A DNA stretch of 64,000 bases from an uncultured Actinomycetota bacterium (GTDB lineage: Bacteria; Actinomycetota; Actinomycetes; JACCUZ01): positions 469,629 through 533,628 of the forward strand of contig CAWIXB010000001.1 of assembly GCA_963839955.1 (NCBI GenBank), in the 5' to 3' direction. Each line of letters opens with the position of its first letter. Position 1 is the first letter of the stretch. This document shows positions 51,263 through 59,287 of the stretch, piece after piece. The translations under genes were made by a program, and so were the position numbers. The notes beneath the pieces are model-generated. The model did not search any database and was not told the origin of the DNA. It was given only the letters and a program-made list of their open reading frames with translations.

Positions 51263-52477
51263 ATGACATCGTTCAGCACCCTGACCCATCTCGAATGCCC
51301 GCGCTGTGCGGAGGTCCACGACTCCGCCGTCCTGCAGGGTCTGTGCCGGTCGTGCTCCTCGCCGCTGCTCGCGCGCTACGACCTCGACGCTGTCTCGGTG
51401 AAGCCTGCGGACCTGGCGGACCGTGCACCCGACCTGTGGCGCTACCACGAGCTGCTGCCGGTCTCCGGACCGGACCAGGTGGTGACGCTGGGGGAGGGCA
51501 TGACGCCGTTGCTCGACGCACCGCGGCTCGGCGCCGAGCTCGACATCGAGCGGCTGCTCGTCAAGGACGAGGGACTGCTGCCTACGGCGTCGTTCAAGGC
51601 GCGTGGTGCCGCGGTCGGCGTCTCCCGTGCACGCGAGCTGGGCGCCAAGGCGCTCGCCATGCCGACCAACGGGAACGCGGGCGCGGCATGGGCGACGTAC
51701 GCGGCGCGCGCGGGCATGCCGATGCTCGTGGCGATGCCGGTCGACGCGCCCACCATCACGCGTGTCGAGTGCGTGGCCGCCGGCGCGGACCTGCGGCTGG
51801 TCGACGGGCTGATCTCCGACGCCGGCCGGCTGGTGGCTGCCGCGATCGAAGGGACGTCGTACGTCGACGTGGCGACGTTGAAGGAGCCCTACCGCATTGA
51901 GGGCAAGAAGACGATGGGCCTCGAGATCGCCGAGCAGCTCGGCTGGCGGCTGCCCGACGTCGTCGTCTACCCGACGGGCGGCGGGGTCGGCCTGATCGGG
52001 ATCTACAAGGCGTTCCGAGAGCTGATCGAGCTCGGCTGGGTCTCGGGACCGTTACCTCGGCTGGTGGCCGTGCAGGCGTCCGGGTGCGCGCCGATCGTGC
52101 GCGCCTTCGAGGACGGCGCCACCGAGTCGGAGGCCTGGGTCGACGCACGGACGGTGGCGTTCGGCATCACGGTCCCCAAGGCGCTCGGCGACTTCATCGT
52201 GCTCCACGCCCTGCGCGACACCGGCGGGACGGCCGTCGCCGTCGACGACGACGAGCTGCTCAGCGACGTCGCACTCACCGGTCGGCTGGAGGGGATGTTC
52301 ATCTGCCCCGAGGGCGCAGCGACGGTGTCCGCCGTACGCCGGCTACGGTGCTCCGGCTGGATCGGGGCGGACGACGAGGTGGTGCTGCTGAACACCGGCG
52401 CCGGCGTCATCTACCCCGACACCGTCGAGGTAAGGGCGCCGGTCGTCGCACGCGACGGTGAGCTCGTGCTGCAGTAA
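51263..52477 (+). CDS. thrC: Threonine synthase-like PLP enzyme with N-terminal Zn-ribbon
   Basis: CPRC...CRSC, LWRY.ELLP, TLGEGMTPL, PTASFKARG, GNAG, EGKKTMG.E, PTGGGVG. Confidence 0.78.
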   Translation: MTSFSTLTHLECPRCAEVHDSAVLQGLCRSCSSPLLARYDLDAVSVKPADLADRAPDLWRYHELLPVSGPDQVVTLGEGMTPLLDAPRLGAELDIERLLVKDEGLLPTASFKARGAAVGVSRARELGAKALAMPTNGNAGAAWATYAARAGMPMLVAMPVDAPTITRVECVAAGADLRLVDGLISDAGRLVAAAIEGTSYVDVATLKEPYRIEGKKTMGLEIAEQLGWRLPDVVVYPTGGGVGLIGIYKAFRELIELGWVSGPLPRLVAVQASGCAPIVRAFEDGATESEAWVDARTVAFGITVPKALGDFIVLHALRDTGGTAVAVDDDELLSDVALTGRLEGMFICPEGAATVSAVRRLRCSGWIGADDEVVLLNTGAGVIYPDTVEVRAPVVARDGELVLQ

Positions 52478-52701
52478 CGGCCCGCGGGCCCGAGCATCTT
52501 CGCGACGTCGTCGAATCGTGCCCTCGTCGCGGGGCTTGACCTCGACGCTCAGCAGCCACGCTACGGGTTACCGGCGTCACTTGCGGCTACCTCGCGGCAG
52601 ACGCATGATGTGCGTATGAGTCCGGGCCGAGACCACTGCCCTGACCTCGTGGCCTTCGTGGCCGCTTCCGGCCCTCGGGGTCGGCCCGTGTGGAGGTCGC
52701 C

Positions 52702-53055
52702 ATGTCCTTCGCCCCTGAACCCTTGCAGATCCTCACCGAGGTCACGGTCGCGTCCAGCACCATGATCGTTCGTGGCGAGGTCGACTACGCCACCGCGCCG
52801 CAGTTGCGCCACGCCCTGACCGACCGCCTCTCCCACGGGCCCTCGACAACTCTGCATCTGAATTTGGCCGGTGTGTCGTTCATGGACAGCGCCGGCCTGC
52901 AGGCTCTGCTGGTGGGGCAGCGCACAGCCAGAATCCTCGGCGGCGACTTGGTGTTGACCGGTACGTCACCCCAGGTTGCTCGACTCCTCTACATCACCGG
53001 GATCGCGTTCACGGTTGAAATTCGGGCAGGTACGGCGGCCGCCGCTTCGGGCTGA
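52702..53055 (+). CDS. STAS-domain anti-sigma-factor antagonist
   Basis: GGAGG RBS; GEVDYATAPQL, V.FMDSAGL (phosphorylatable Ser), RLL.ITG. Confidence 0.88.
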   Translation: MSFAPEPLQILTEVTVASSTMIVRGEVDYATAPQLRHALTDRLSHGPSTTLHLNLAGVSFMDSAGLQALLVGQRTARILGGDLVLTGTSPQVARLLYITGIAFTVEIRAGTAAAASG

Positions 53056-53111
53056 CGACAGCGATGCCGTCCACCCTGACCGCGGCATGATGCGGACTCG
53101 TTCTCTGCGCG

Positions 53112-54146
53112 TCACACTCCACACGGGCCCTGGGTGGCGAAGGGCAGACTCGGGTAGCGGGACACGTCGTACGAGGTGAGGGAGCCGTCCGCGGCTGCGG
53201 TGAGCAGCGCCATCGTCGGGATGCGGAACATGTTCTCGAGCTGGCCGTTGCTCTTCTGGCCCACGGAGCGCACCTCGTAGAAGATGGCACCCTGGGTCGG
53301 GGTCTGGGCCTGCGACACGGGCGTCTCGCCCACGGGCGCCGATCCGCCCATGAGCATCCGGCTCAGTACGGCGTTGGTGATGTCGATCAGCGGGTAGTGC
53401 GCAATATTGGCCGGCCCGTACTCCTCGAGGGCGTCGACGCTGACCATGGCCATCTGCCGATTGGTCTGCCACTGCTGCGCGGTCATCCGGGACGGGTCGA
53501 TGGACCGCGCGCCGATCTGGAACTGGTTCAAGTCGTCGGTGCCGTCGATCACCGGCGCCTCGCCCATGTGGTGCAGATCCAGCGCCAGCTCCGGCGCGAC
53601 CGTACGCCACAGTCTCCAGAAGTCGACTGACTCGGGCTGGGCGAAGTTCTCCCAGTCGCGGTTGAGGTCGATCCGGGTCGGTGTCGTGCTCTGGCGGATG
53701 TTCGCCTCGGCGCCGTCCGGGTTGTACATGGGGATCACGACGACGGTGAGCCTGTCGCGGATCAGCTTGGCAGCCGGCTTGCCCGAGGCGAGCAGCTTGA
53801 GGACCTGCAGCGCCGCTTCGGTGCTGTGCAGCTCGTTGCCGTGGATGCGCGCCTGCAGCCAGAAGACCGTCGGGCCGGTGCCTACGGTCGCGTAGAGCAG
53901 ATCACGGCCCTCCCCCGACTTGCCGGCAGACGCGACGTCGACCAACCCTTTGCTGGTCTGCTCGATGCGGTCGAGAGCCTTCACGACGTCGGCGTATCCC
54001 GCGACGCTTGACAGGCTGACGTTCTGGCCGTCTTGAATGCACGGGCCCCCCGGGTTGTGCGGCGGGTCGGCGAGCGCGACATTGGTGGTGCCGAGACCGG
54101 CGACAAGAAGGCCGGCGGCGGTGACGGCGACGAGTGTTCTGCGCAT
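53112..54146 (-). CDS. Secreted M14-family zinc carboxypeptidase
   Basis: Signal peptide ending ALA; GKSGEGR, IHGNE (HxxE), PMYNPDG, DLNRD, LDLH. Confidence 0.85.
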   Translation of the reverse strand: MRRTLVAVTAAGLLVAGLGTTNVALADPPHNPGGPCIQDGQNVSLSSVAGYADVVKALDRIEQTSKGLVDVASAGKSGEGRDLLYATVGTGPTVFWLQARIHGNELHSTEAALQVLKLLASGKPAAKLIRDRLTVVVIPMYNPDGAEANIRQSTTPTRIDLNRDWENFAQPESVDFWRLWRTVAPELALDLHHMGEAPVIDGTDDLNQFQIGARSIDPSRMTAQQWQTNRQMAMVSVDALEEYGPANIAHYPLIDITNAVLSRMLMGGSAPVGETPVSQAQTPTQGAIFYEVRSVGQKSNGQLENMFRIPTMALLTAAADGSLTSYDVSRYPSLPFATQGPCGV

Positions 54147-54356
54147 CGGTGCTCCCTGGCAGTTGGCTGACGGAACCGACTGGAGCGCCCGCTCGCGCAG
54201 CCCTGGCGGAGCGGACATATACCACCAATCGGGACCTGGGGTCTTCCTAGCGCAGAGAGTCGCCATTGGGCAAGGGCAGCCAAGGCCGGTCGTCGTCGGT
54301 GACTGTGTGGAGTGTCGTGGTGCGCTCGGGCGTCGCACGCCGCCACGAAACGCAGT

Positions 54357-54432
54357 TGGTGCCCCCGGCAGGAATCGAACCTGCGACACCCGCTTTAGGA
54401 GAGCGGTGCTCTATCCCCTGAGCTACGAGGGC
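54357..54432 (-). tRNA. tRNA-Arg(CCT)
   Basis: GCCCTCGTAGCTCAGGGGATAGAGCACCGCTCT-CCT-AAAGCGGGTGTCGCAGGTTCGATTCCTGCCGGGGGCACCA: cloverleaf, GTTCGA T-loop, encoded CCA. Confidence 0.97.
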
Positions 54433-54494
54433 ATGCTCGGCGGTGCCGAGGCTATCGGACCAGGGACTGCCGTCCGCTGGCTACGCTCGCGGCC

Positions 54495-54656
54495 ATGAGC
54501 GATACAGCCGCCCCCAGCAGTGATCCGGCAGAGGAACCCGCGCCGGACGCGGCGGTGCCGGAGCGGTCTGCCGACGACACCGACCTCGGCTGGGGCGACG
54601 AGGACGAGGACGACAGTGACGAGCGCCTGACGCGGGAGAAGCCGCCGCACTGGTGA
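54495..54656 (+). CDS. 53-aa acidic small protein ending ...DDTDLGWG...REKPPHW (not in ORF track)
   Basis: Manual translation ATG..TGA; TACGCT box 7 nt before ATG; fills the gap between the tRNA and mscL. Confidence 0.65.
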   Translation: MSDTAAPSSDPAEEPAPDAAVPERSADDTDLGWGDEDEDDSDERLTREKPPHW

Positions 54657-54676
54657 CGGCGAAGGCAGCGTGGAGC

Positions 54677-55066
54677 TCAGAGGTCGGTGCGGCGCACCTT
54701 GAGCAGGTCGCGGATCTCCTGGAGCAGCAGCACGTCCTCGGCCGGCGCCTCCGGCTCCGGCTCCTCGCCGGACTTTCGCATCCCGCGCAGCTTGTTCATC
54801 GGCACGACCACGACGAAGTAGATCACGGCCGCCGTCGCCACGAACGTGATGACGGCGTTGATGAAGAGCGTGAAGTTGAACGTCTGGCCGTTGACCTCGA
54901 CAGTCCCGGCTTCGACCCCGCCACCGAGGACCAGGCCCACGAGTGGGTAGATGAAGGCCTCGGTGAACGCCGTGATCAGTGCCACGAACGCGAGGCCGAT
55001 GACCAGGGCGATGGCCAGGTCGATGATGTTGCCGCGGAGCACGAACTCCTTGAAGCCCTTGAGCAT
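54677..55066 (-). CDS. mscL: Large-conductance mechanosensitive channel
   Basis: MLKGFKEFVLRGNIIDLAIALVIG.AF, FINAVITF, LLQEIRDLLK. Confidence 0.96.
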   Translation of the reverse strand: MLKGFKEFVLRGNIIDLAIALVIGLAFVALITAFTEAFIYPLVGLVLGGGVEAGTVEVNGQTFNFTLFINAVITFVATAAVIYFVVVVPMNKLRGMRKSGEEPEPEAPAEDVLLLQEIRDLLKVRRTDL

Positions 55067-55109
55067 CCCGGTCTCCTTCCAGAGGTGTCCGGGGGTCAGC
55101 CTCTCAGGT

Positions 55110-55778
55110 TCACTGGACCAGCGTCACGGTGAGCCGCGACGTCACAGCCGCCGCCGCCAGTCGCGAGGCCGTGGCCGTCGGCGTGGCCAGCACCACGAGG
55201 CCACCGTCGCCAACCTCGCCACCGAAGCCGCCGCTGTCGGCGAGCGGCACCGTCACTACGCGGACGCTGTCGGCGACGACCGAGGCTTCCGCCGTTGATG
55301 CTCCCGGCTCCGGCGCAGCGGCGGCCAGGACGTCGACGATGTCGCCGGGGCGCAGCAGTCGTGCGGCATGCGCGTCAGCGAGTCGCACTGGTGCGGCGAC
55401 GACGCCGCCGTCGAGGGTGTCGAGGTAGGACGGCCCGAGCAGCCGCACATCGGTCACGACCTCGCCGGCATTCACCGGCCCCACGAGGGTGCGGCCGTGT
55501 GCCTCGCCGACCGAGCGCAGCGCGGTCTCCGGAACCGCGTCGGTCGGCAGGCCGACGACCTCGACGTCGTCGCTGCCGACCGTGATCCCGCCGGCCAGGT
55601 CCTCGCGTGCCACCAGCACCTGCGTGGTGTCCGGCGGCGGAGGTGCCAGCGCGTGCAGGCCGACGGCAACGGCCGCGGCGAGCAGACCCGCGGAGAGCAG
55701 CCGACGGTGCCATGACGCCGCCCGTCGCAGCTCGCGCCACCACCCGGGTGCGGCACTGCGACGGTCGGGTGTGCTCAC
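55110..55778 (-). CDS. SAF-domain / CpaB-RcpC-like protein (Rv0990c-like)
   Basis: N-terminal TM, VLVAREDLAGG, GEVVTDVRL, PVRLAD, LLRPGDIVDVL. Confidence 0.78.
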   Translation of the reverse strand: MSTPDRRSAAPGWWRELRRAASWHRRLLSAGLLAAAVAVGLHALAPPPPDTTQVLVAREDLAGGITVGSDDVEVVGLPTDAVPETALRSVGEAHGRTLVGPVNAGEVVTDVRLLGPSYLDTLDGGVVAAPVRLADAHAARLLRPGDIVDVLAAAAPEPGASTAEASVVADSVRVVTVPLADSGGFGGEVGDGGLVVLATPTATASRLAAAAVTSRLTVTLVQ

Positions 55779-56605
55779 GGAAGGTCGAACGGCAGGGTGA
55801 GGCCGTCGAGCGCGTGTCGGCAGGTGCAGTCGACGTCGGTGGGAGGCAGGCCGGCGATGACGTCGACGAGGAGGTCACGCACCTTCGCGATGTTGGCCGC
55901 GAAGACGCGCAGCACCTCGTCGTGGGTGACCCCCTCGCCGTGCTCCAGACCGGCGTCGAGGTCGGTGACGAGGGCCAGCGAGGTGTAGCAGAGAGCGAGC
56001 TCGCGCGCGAGCGCAGCTTCCGGTGCGCCCGTCATGCCGACGACCGTCCAGCCCTGGCTCTGGTGCCAGAGCGACTCGGCGCGGGAGGAGAAGCGCGGGC
56101 CATTCACGACGACCAGCGTGCCGCCGTCGACGGGCGCCAGGCCACGGCGCTGCCCCGCGGTCACCGCGACGCGGCGCCCGGTCGGGCAGTAGGGGTCGGC
56201 GAAGGCCACGTGGACGACCGGCCCCGACTCGTCGTAGAAGGTGGTCTGCCGGCCCGAGGTGCGGTCGACGAGCTGGTCGGGGACGACGACCGACCCCGCG
56301 TCGTGCTCGGCGCGCAGCGAGCCGACCGCGCACGGGCCGAGCACCTGGCGCACTCCGACGTGCCGCAGGGCCCAGAGGTTCGCCCGGTAGTTGACGCGGT
56401 GCGGCGGGAACCGGTGGTCGCGGCCGTGCCGCGGCAGGAACGCGACCGCGCGGCCTGCCACGTCGCCGACCGTCAGGGGGTCACTGGGCGGGCCGAACGG
56501 CGTGTCGACCTCGACGGTCTCCGCCGCGTCAAGGAAGGCGTAGAGCCCCGACCCACCGATGACACCGATGTCGGCGCGCGGACCGTCGTACGTCGTGCTC
56601 GGCAT
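55775..56605 (-). CDS. mtnP: S-methyl-5'-thioadenosine phosphorylase
   Basis: IGVIGGSGLY, TPFG.PSD, FLPRHG, NYRANLWAL, AVGSL, GPRFSSRAES, VGMT..PE, VTDLD. Confidence 0.9.
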   Translation of the reverse strand: MPSTTYDGPRADIGVIGGSGLYAFLDAAETVEVDTPFGPPSDPLTVGDVAGRAVAFLPRHGRDHRFPPHRVNYRANLWALRHVGVRQVLGPCAVGSLRAEHDAGSVVVPDQLVDRTSGRQTTFYDESGPVVHVAFADPYCPTGRRVAVTAGQRRGLAPVDGGTLVVVNGPRFSSRAESLWHQSQGWTVVGMTGAPEAALARELALCYTSLALVTDLDAGLEHGEGVTHDEVLRVFAANIAKVRDLLVDVIAGLPPTDVDCTCRHALDGLTLPFDLP

Positions 56606-56665
56606 GGCAGGACCCTACTGACCGCACGGCCGATCGCCGGACGTGTCCACAGCCCGGCCCTCGCG

Positions 56666-57070
56666 TCAGGCAGCGCTGCCGGCTGTGGAGGACGAACCGG
56701 CCGATGCGGCCTTGCCGTTGGACTTGTCCTGGCCCGCCGAGGACCCCGTCGACGATGTCGAAGAGGTGTCTCCGGCTTTGTCCTTGCCGCCGCCGTCCTC
56801 GGCAGTGCCGGCGGACCCGCTGTCCTTGCCCGGGCCCTCCCTGCCCTGTCCGCCCTTGCCCTCGTCGTCCCGCTTGGCCCCCGCGCCGACCTTCTCGCGG
56901 CTGTCGTTGCGGTAGAACCCGGAGCCCTTGAAGACGATGCCCACCGAGTTGAAGACCTTGCGCAACGCGCCCTCGCAGACGGGGCAGACGCTCAGCGCGT
57001 CGTCGCTGAACGACTGGACGGCCTCGAACGCGTGGCCGCACTCGCGGCACGCGTACTGGTACGTCGGCAC
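56666..57070 (-). CDS. FmdB-family Zn-ribbon protein (Rv0991c-like) with low-complexity tail
   Basis: (V)PTYQYAC..CGH.FE..QSF, C..C.G.LRK, GIVFKGSGFYRNDSR; GAGGAGG RBS. Confidence 0.9.
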   Translation of the reverse strand: MPTYQYACRECGHAFEAVQSFSDDALSVCPVCEGALRKVFNSVGIVFKGSGFYRNDSREKVGAGAKRDDEGKGGQGREGPGKDSGSAGTAEDGGGKDKAGDTSSTSSTGSSAGQDKSNGKAASAGSSSTAGSAA

Positions 57071-57098
57071 GGACGTCCTCCTCGGTCTCAAAAGTGTT

Positions 57099-57127
57099 CC
57101 TGGCACTCTACGTCACCGAGTGCCAGG
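57099..57127. promoter_or_regulatory. CIRCE element (HrcA operator)
   Basis: CCTGGCACTC-N9-GAGTGCCAGG, matching the CIRCE layout TTAGCACTC-N9-GAGTGCTAA, about 30 bp upstream of the FmdB-type gene. Confidence 0.85.
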
Positions 57128-57173
57128 AGCGCGGTCAAAGGGACGCCGTTGCCTAGGTCCTACGGGCGTCCGG

Positions 57174-57716
57174 TCAGGCAGTGGCGTCGGCGTAGCGGGG
57201 CCAAGGGGTCGGCGCCTCACCCGCGGTCTGCCGGCCGAACTCGCCGAGGAACCAGCGGCGGAACCTGACCAGCGTGGGCGGCGTCGCGAGGGTCAGCAGG
57301 TGCTGGCCGTCACGGCAGTACTCGTCCGCCTCGTCGAGCAGTCCACTGAGCAGCTCCGCACCTGGGGCAAGCGAGGCGGGCACTCGGTAGCTGATCTCGT
57401 CGATGACGTCGACACCATGCTCCACCGCATCCGCGAGCCTGGCCTCCTGCTCCGCGGTGAAGCCGCCATAGGTCGCGCCCAGCGACTCGACGAGCTGGAG
57501 CAGCCGCGCCGGGACCGGCCGCGACATGGCGGGACGCGACTCACCGTCCTGCGGATGCGCGCGGTCGGCGAGCAGCGCGAACTCGCGCATCAACTCATCA
57601 CCGTGCTGCTGGGCGCGGGCGAAGACCGGGACAGGTAGCTCGAGCAACCGCACCGTGACGATCGGCCCCGACGCGTCGGCGCCTTCGGGCGTCTCGTCGG
57701 CCGGGTGGTCGTTCAC
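57174..57716 (-). CDS. Hypothetical protein translationally coupled to the anti-sigma kinase
   Basis: GTG overlaps the upstream TGA; VRLLELPV...QHGDELMREFALL...LLDEADEYCRDG..LLTL..P...FRRWFLGEF.RQ..G..P.PW. Confidence 0.7.
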   Translation of the reverse strand: MNDHPADETPEGADASGPIVTVRLLELPVPVFARAQQHGDELMREFALLADRAHPQDGESRPAMSRPVPARLLQLVESLGATYGGFTAEQEARLADAVEHGVDVIDEISYRVPASLAPGAELLSGLLDEADEYCRDGQHLLTLATPPTLVRFRRWFLGEFGRQTAGEAPTPWPRYADATA

Positions 57717-58255
57717 GCCGCGCACGCGGTGGCCGGGCCCGCGCCCAGGTCGTGCCTTGCCGCAGTGTCGTCCGACGTGGGCCCGGGTCCGCCGGGAGAC
57801 GTCGGCAGCTCGGCCAGCTGGCGGGTGCCGGTCGCCGCACCGGTCAGCTGGTCGCTGTCGACGTCGGAGCCCGCGCCGGACGAGCCGTCGGCGCGCAGCT
57901 GACACCACACCGTCTTCGTGGTGCCGGTGGCATCTACCCCGTCGGCCTCGGCGAGTGCACGGATCAGACTCAGGCCTCGCCCGGTGGTGGCGTCCGGCCC
58001 GTAGGCGCGTCGTTGGGGCATCCGGGGCGACGCGTCGGAGACCGCGATGCGCAGCAACTCGTCGCTCAGGTGCAGGCTCACGGAGTAGGGGGTTCGGGCA
58101 TGTAGCACCGCATTTGTCGCCATCTCGCTGACCACGGTGGTGGCGACCCAGTCGAACCCCTCGGCATCCCACTCCGTCAGGACAGCCGAGACGAACCGGC
58201 GCGCGGCAGCGACGCTGCGGTGCTCGTCGGAGAACTCTCGCTGCATCTCGAGCAC
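57713..58255 (-). CDS. RsbW/SpoIIAB-type anti-sigma factor (HATPase_c_2)
   Basis: SVAAARRFV, SEMATNAVLHA, IAVSD, GRGL, KTVWC; TATGCT box 6 nt upstream of GTG. Confidence 0.87.
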   Translation of the reverse strand: MLEMQREFSDEHRSVAAARRFVSAVLTEWDAEGFDWVATTVVSEMATNAVLHARTPYSVSLHLSDELLRIAVSDASPRMPQRRAYGPDATTGRGLSLIRALAEADGVDATGTTKTVWCQLRADGSSGAGSDVDSDQLTGAATGTRQLAELPTSPGGPGPTSDDTAARHDLGAGPATACAA

Positions 58256-58301
58256 CACGCGAGCATAAGCCTGGCGGCGGGCGGCGTCACTCTTGTCGGG
58301 A

Positions 58302-59240
58302 TCAGGCGTGGGTCGGGTGCTCGTGGTCGATGTGACCGGCGGCCTCGAACTGGAACGTCGAGTGCTCGACCGACACCTCGAAGTGACCGATCAGGCATGC
58401 CTGGAGCTCGTCGAGCAACTGGGGGAGGTGCCCGTTGGTGAAGCAGTCGTCGTCGACGACGACATGGGCGCTGAGCACCGGCAGGTTGCTCGCCACCTGC
58501 GACGCGTGCAGGTCGTGCACGGCGTGCACGTGCGCTACGCCGAGGAGGTGGCCCCGGACCTCGGCCAGGTCGAGACCGCGAGGCGTCGACTCCATCAGCA
58601 CGTCGACCGTCTGTCGAAGCAGCCGCCAGGTACGCGGCAGGATGAACGCCCCGATGAGCAGGGAGGCGACGGCGTCGGCACGTTGCCAGTCGAAGAGCGC
58701 GATCGAGGCCGCCGCGACAATCACCGCGACGGAGCCGACTGCGTCGGTGAGCACCTCGAGGAACGCGGCGCGCACGTTCATGTTGTAGTCACGGTGTCCG
58801 TGGAGCAGCCCGAGGCCGACGAGGTTCGCAGCGAGCCCGACCGCACCGAACACGAGCATGGGTGTCGACTCGACATCGTGCGGGTCGATCAGCCGCCCCA
58901 CGCCTTCCACGAGGATCCACACGCCGACCGCGAGCAGCACCGCCGCCTGGGCCGCGGCGCCGAGCACCTCCGCCCGGTGGTATCCCCACGTGCGCTCGGG
59001 CGTCGCGGGCCGACGTGCCAACAGCGCGGCGGCCACGGCGAGAGTCAGGCCGGCGGCGTCGGTGAGCATGTGACCTGCGTCGGCGAGCAGCGCCAGGCTG
59101 CCCGAGATGGCCGCGCCGACGAGCTCGACGACAAGGACTCCGACAGTGAGCAGCAGCACCAGCACCAGGCGCCCGAGCGAGCCGTCGGCGGCGGGTTGGT
59201 GGTGTCCGTGCGTCGCTGCGCCGGTGTCCTGCCTGCCCAA
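58302..59240 (-). CDS. Cation diffusion facilitator (CzcD/ZitB-like)
   Basis: HGHH N-terminus, SLALLADAGHMLTD, TWGY.RAEVL, N.RAAFLEVLTD, VHDLH, HSTFQFE, His-rich tail. Start approximate. Confidence 0.88.
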   Translation of the reverse strand: MGRQDTGAATHGHHQPAADGSLGRLVLVLLLTVGVLVVELVGAAISGSLALLADAGHMLTDAAGLTLAVAAALLARRPATPERTWGYHRAEVLGAAAQAAVLLAVGVWILVEGVGRLIDPHDVESTPMLVFGAVGLAANLVGLGLLHGHRDYNMNVRAAFLEVLTDAVGSVAVIVAAASIALFDWQRADAVASLLIGAFILPRTWRLLRQTVDVLMESTPRGLDLAEVRGHLLGVAHVHAVHDLHASQVASNLPVLSAHVVVDDDCFTNGHLPQLLDELQACLIGHFEVSVEHSTFQFEAAGHIDHEHPTHA

Positions 59241-59287
59241 CGGTCTCTCCCTTCGGGCGATTCGCCACGCTACGGCACGCGCGCCGT

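Noticed and set aside
51263-52477. Threonine-synthase-like gene as part of the sugar cluster or of sulfonate synthesis
   Set aside because: It has its own leaderless-type start and no operator motif, and nothing in the sequence separates it from an ordinary ThrC paralog.
41127-54356. Integrative element at the tRNA-Arg(CCT) 3' end
   Set aside because: Accessory-looking genes lie downstream of the tRNA, but I found no integrase and no duplicated tRNA 3' end by eye. A computed repeat and composition scan is needed to exclude an old island.
55110-55778. Tad/Flp pilus locus
   Set aside because: Only a lone SAF/CpaB-like gene, in its usual position beside mscL and the FmdB-type gene; no pilin or ATPase.
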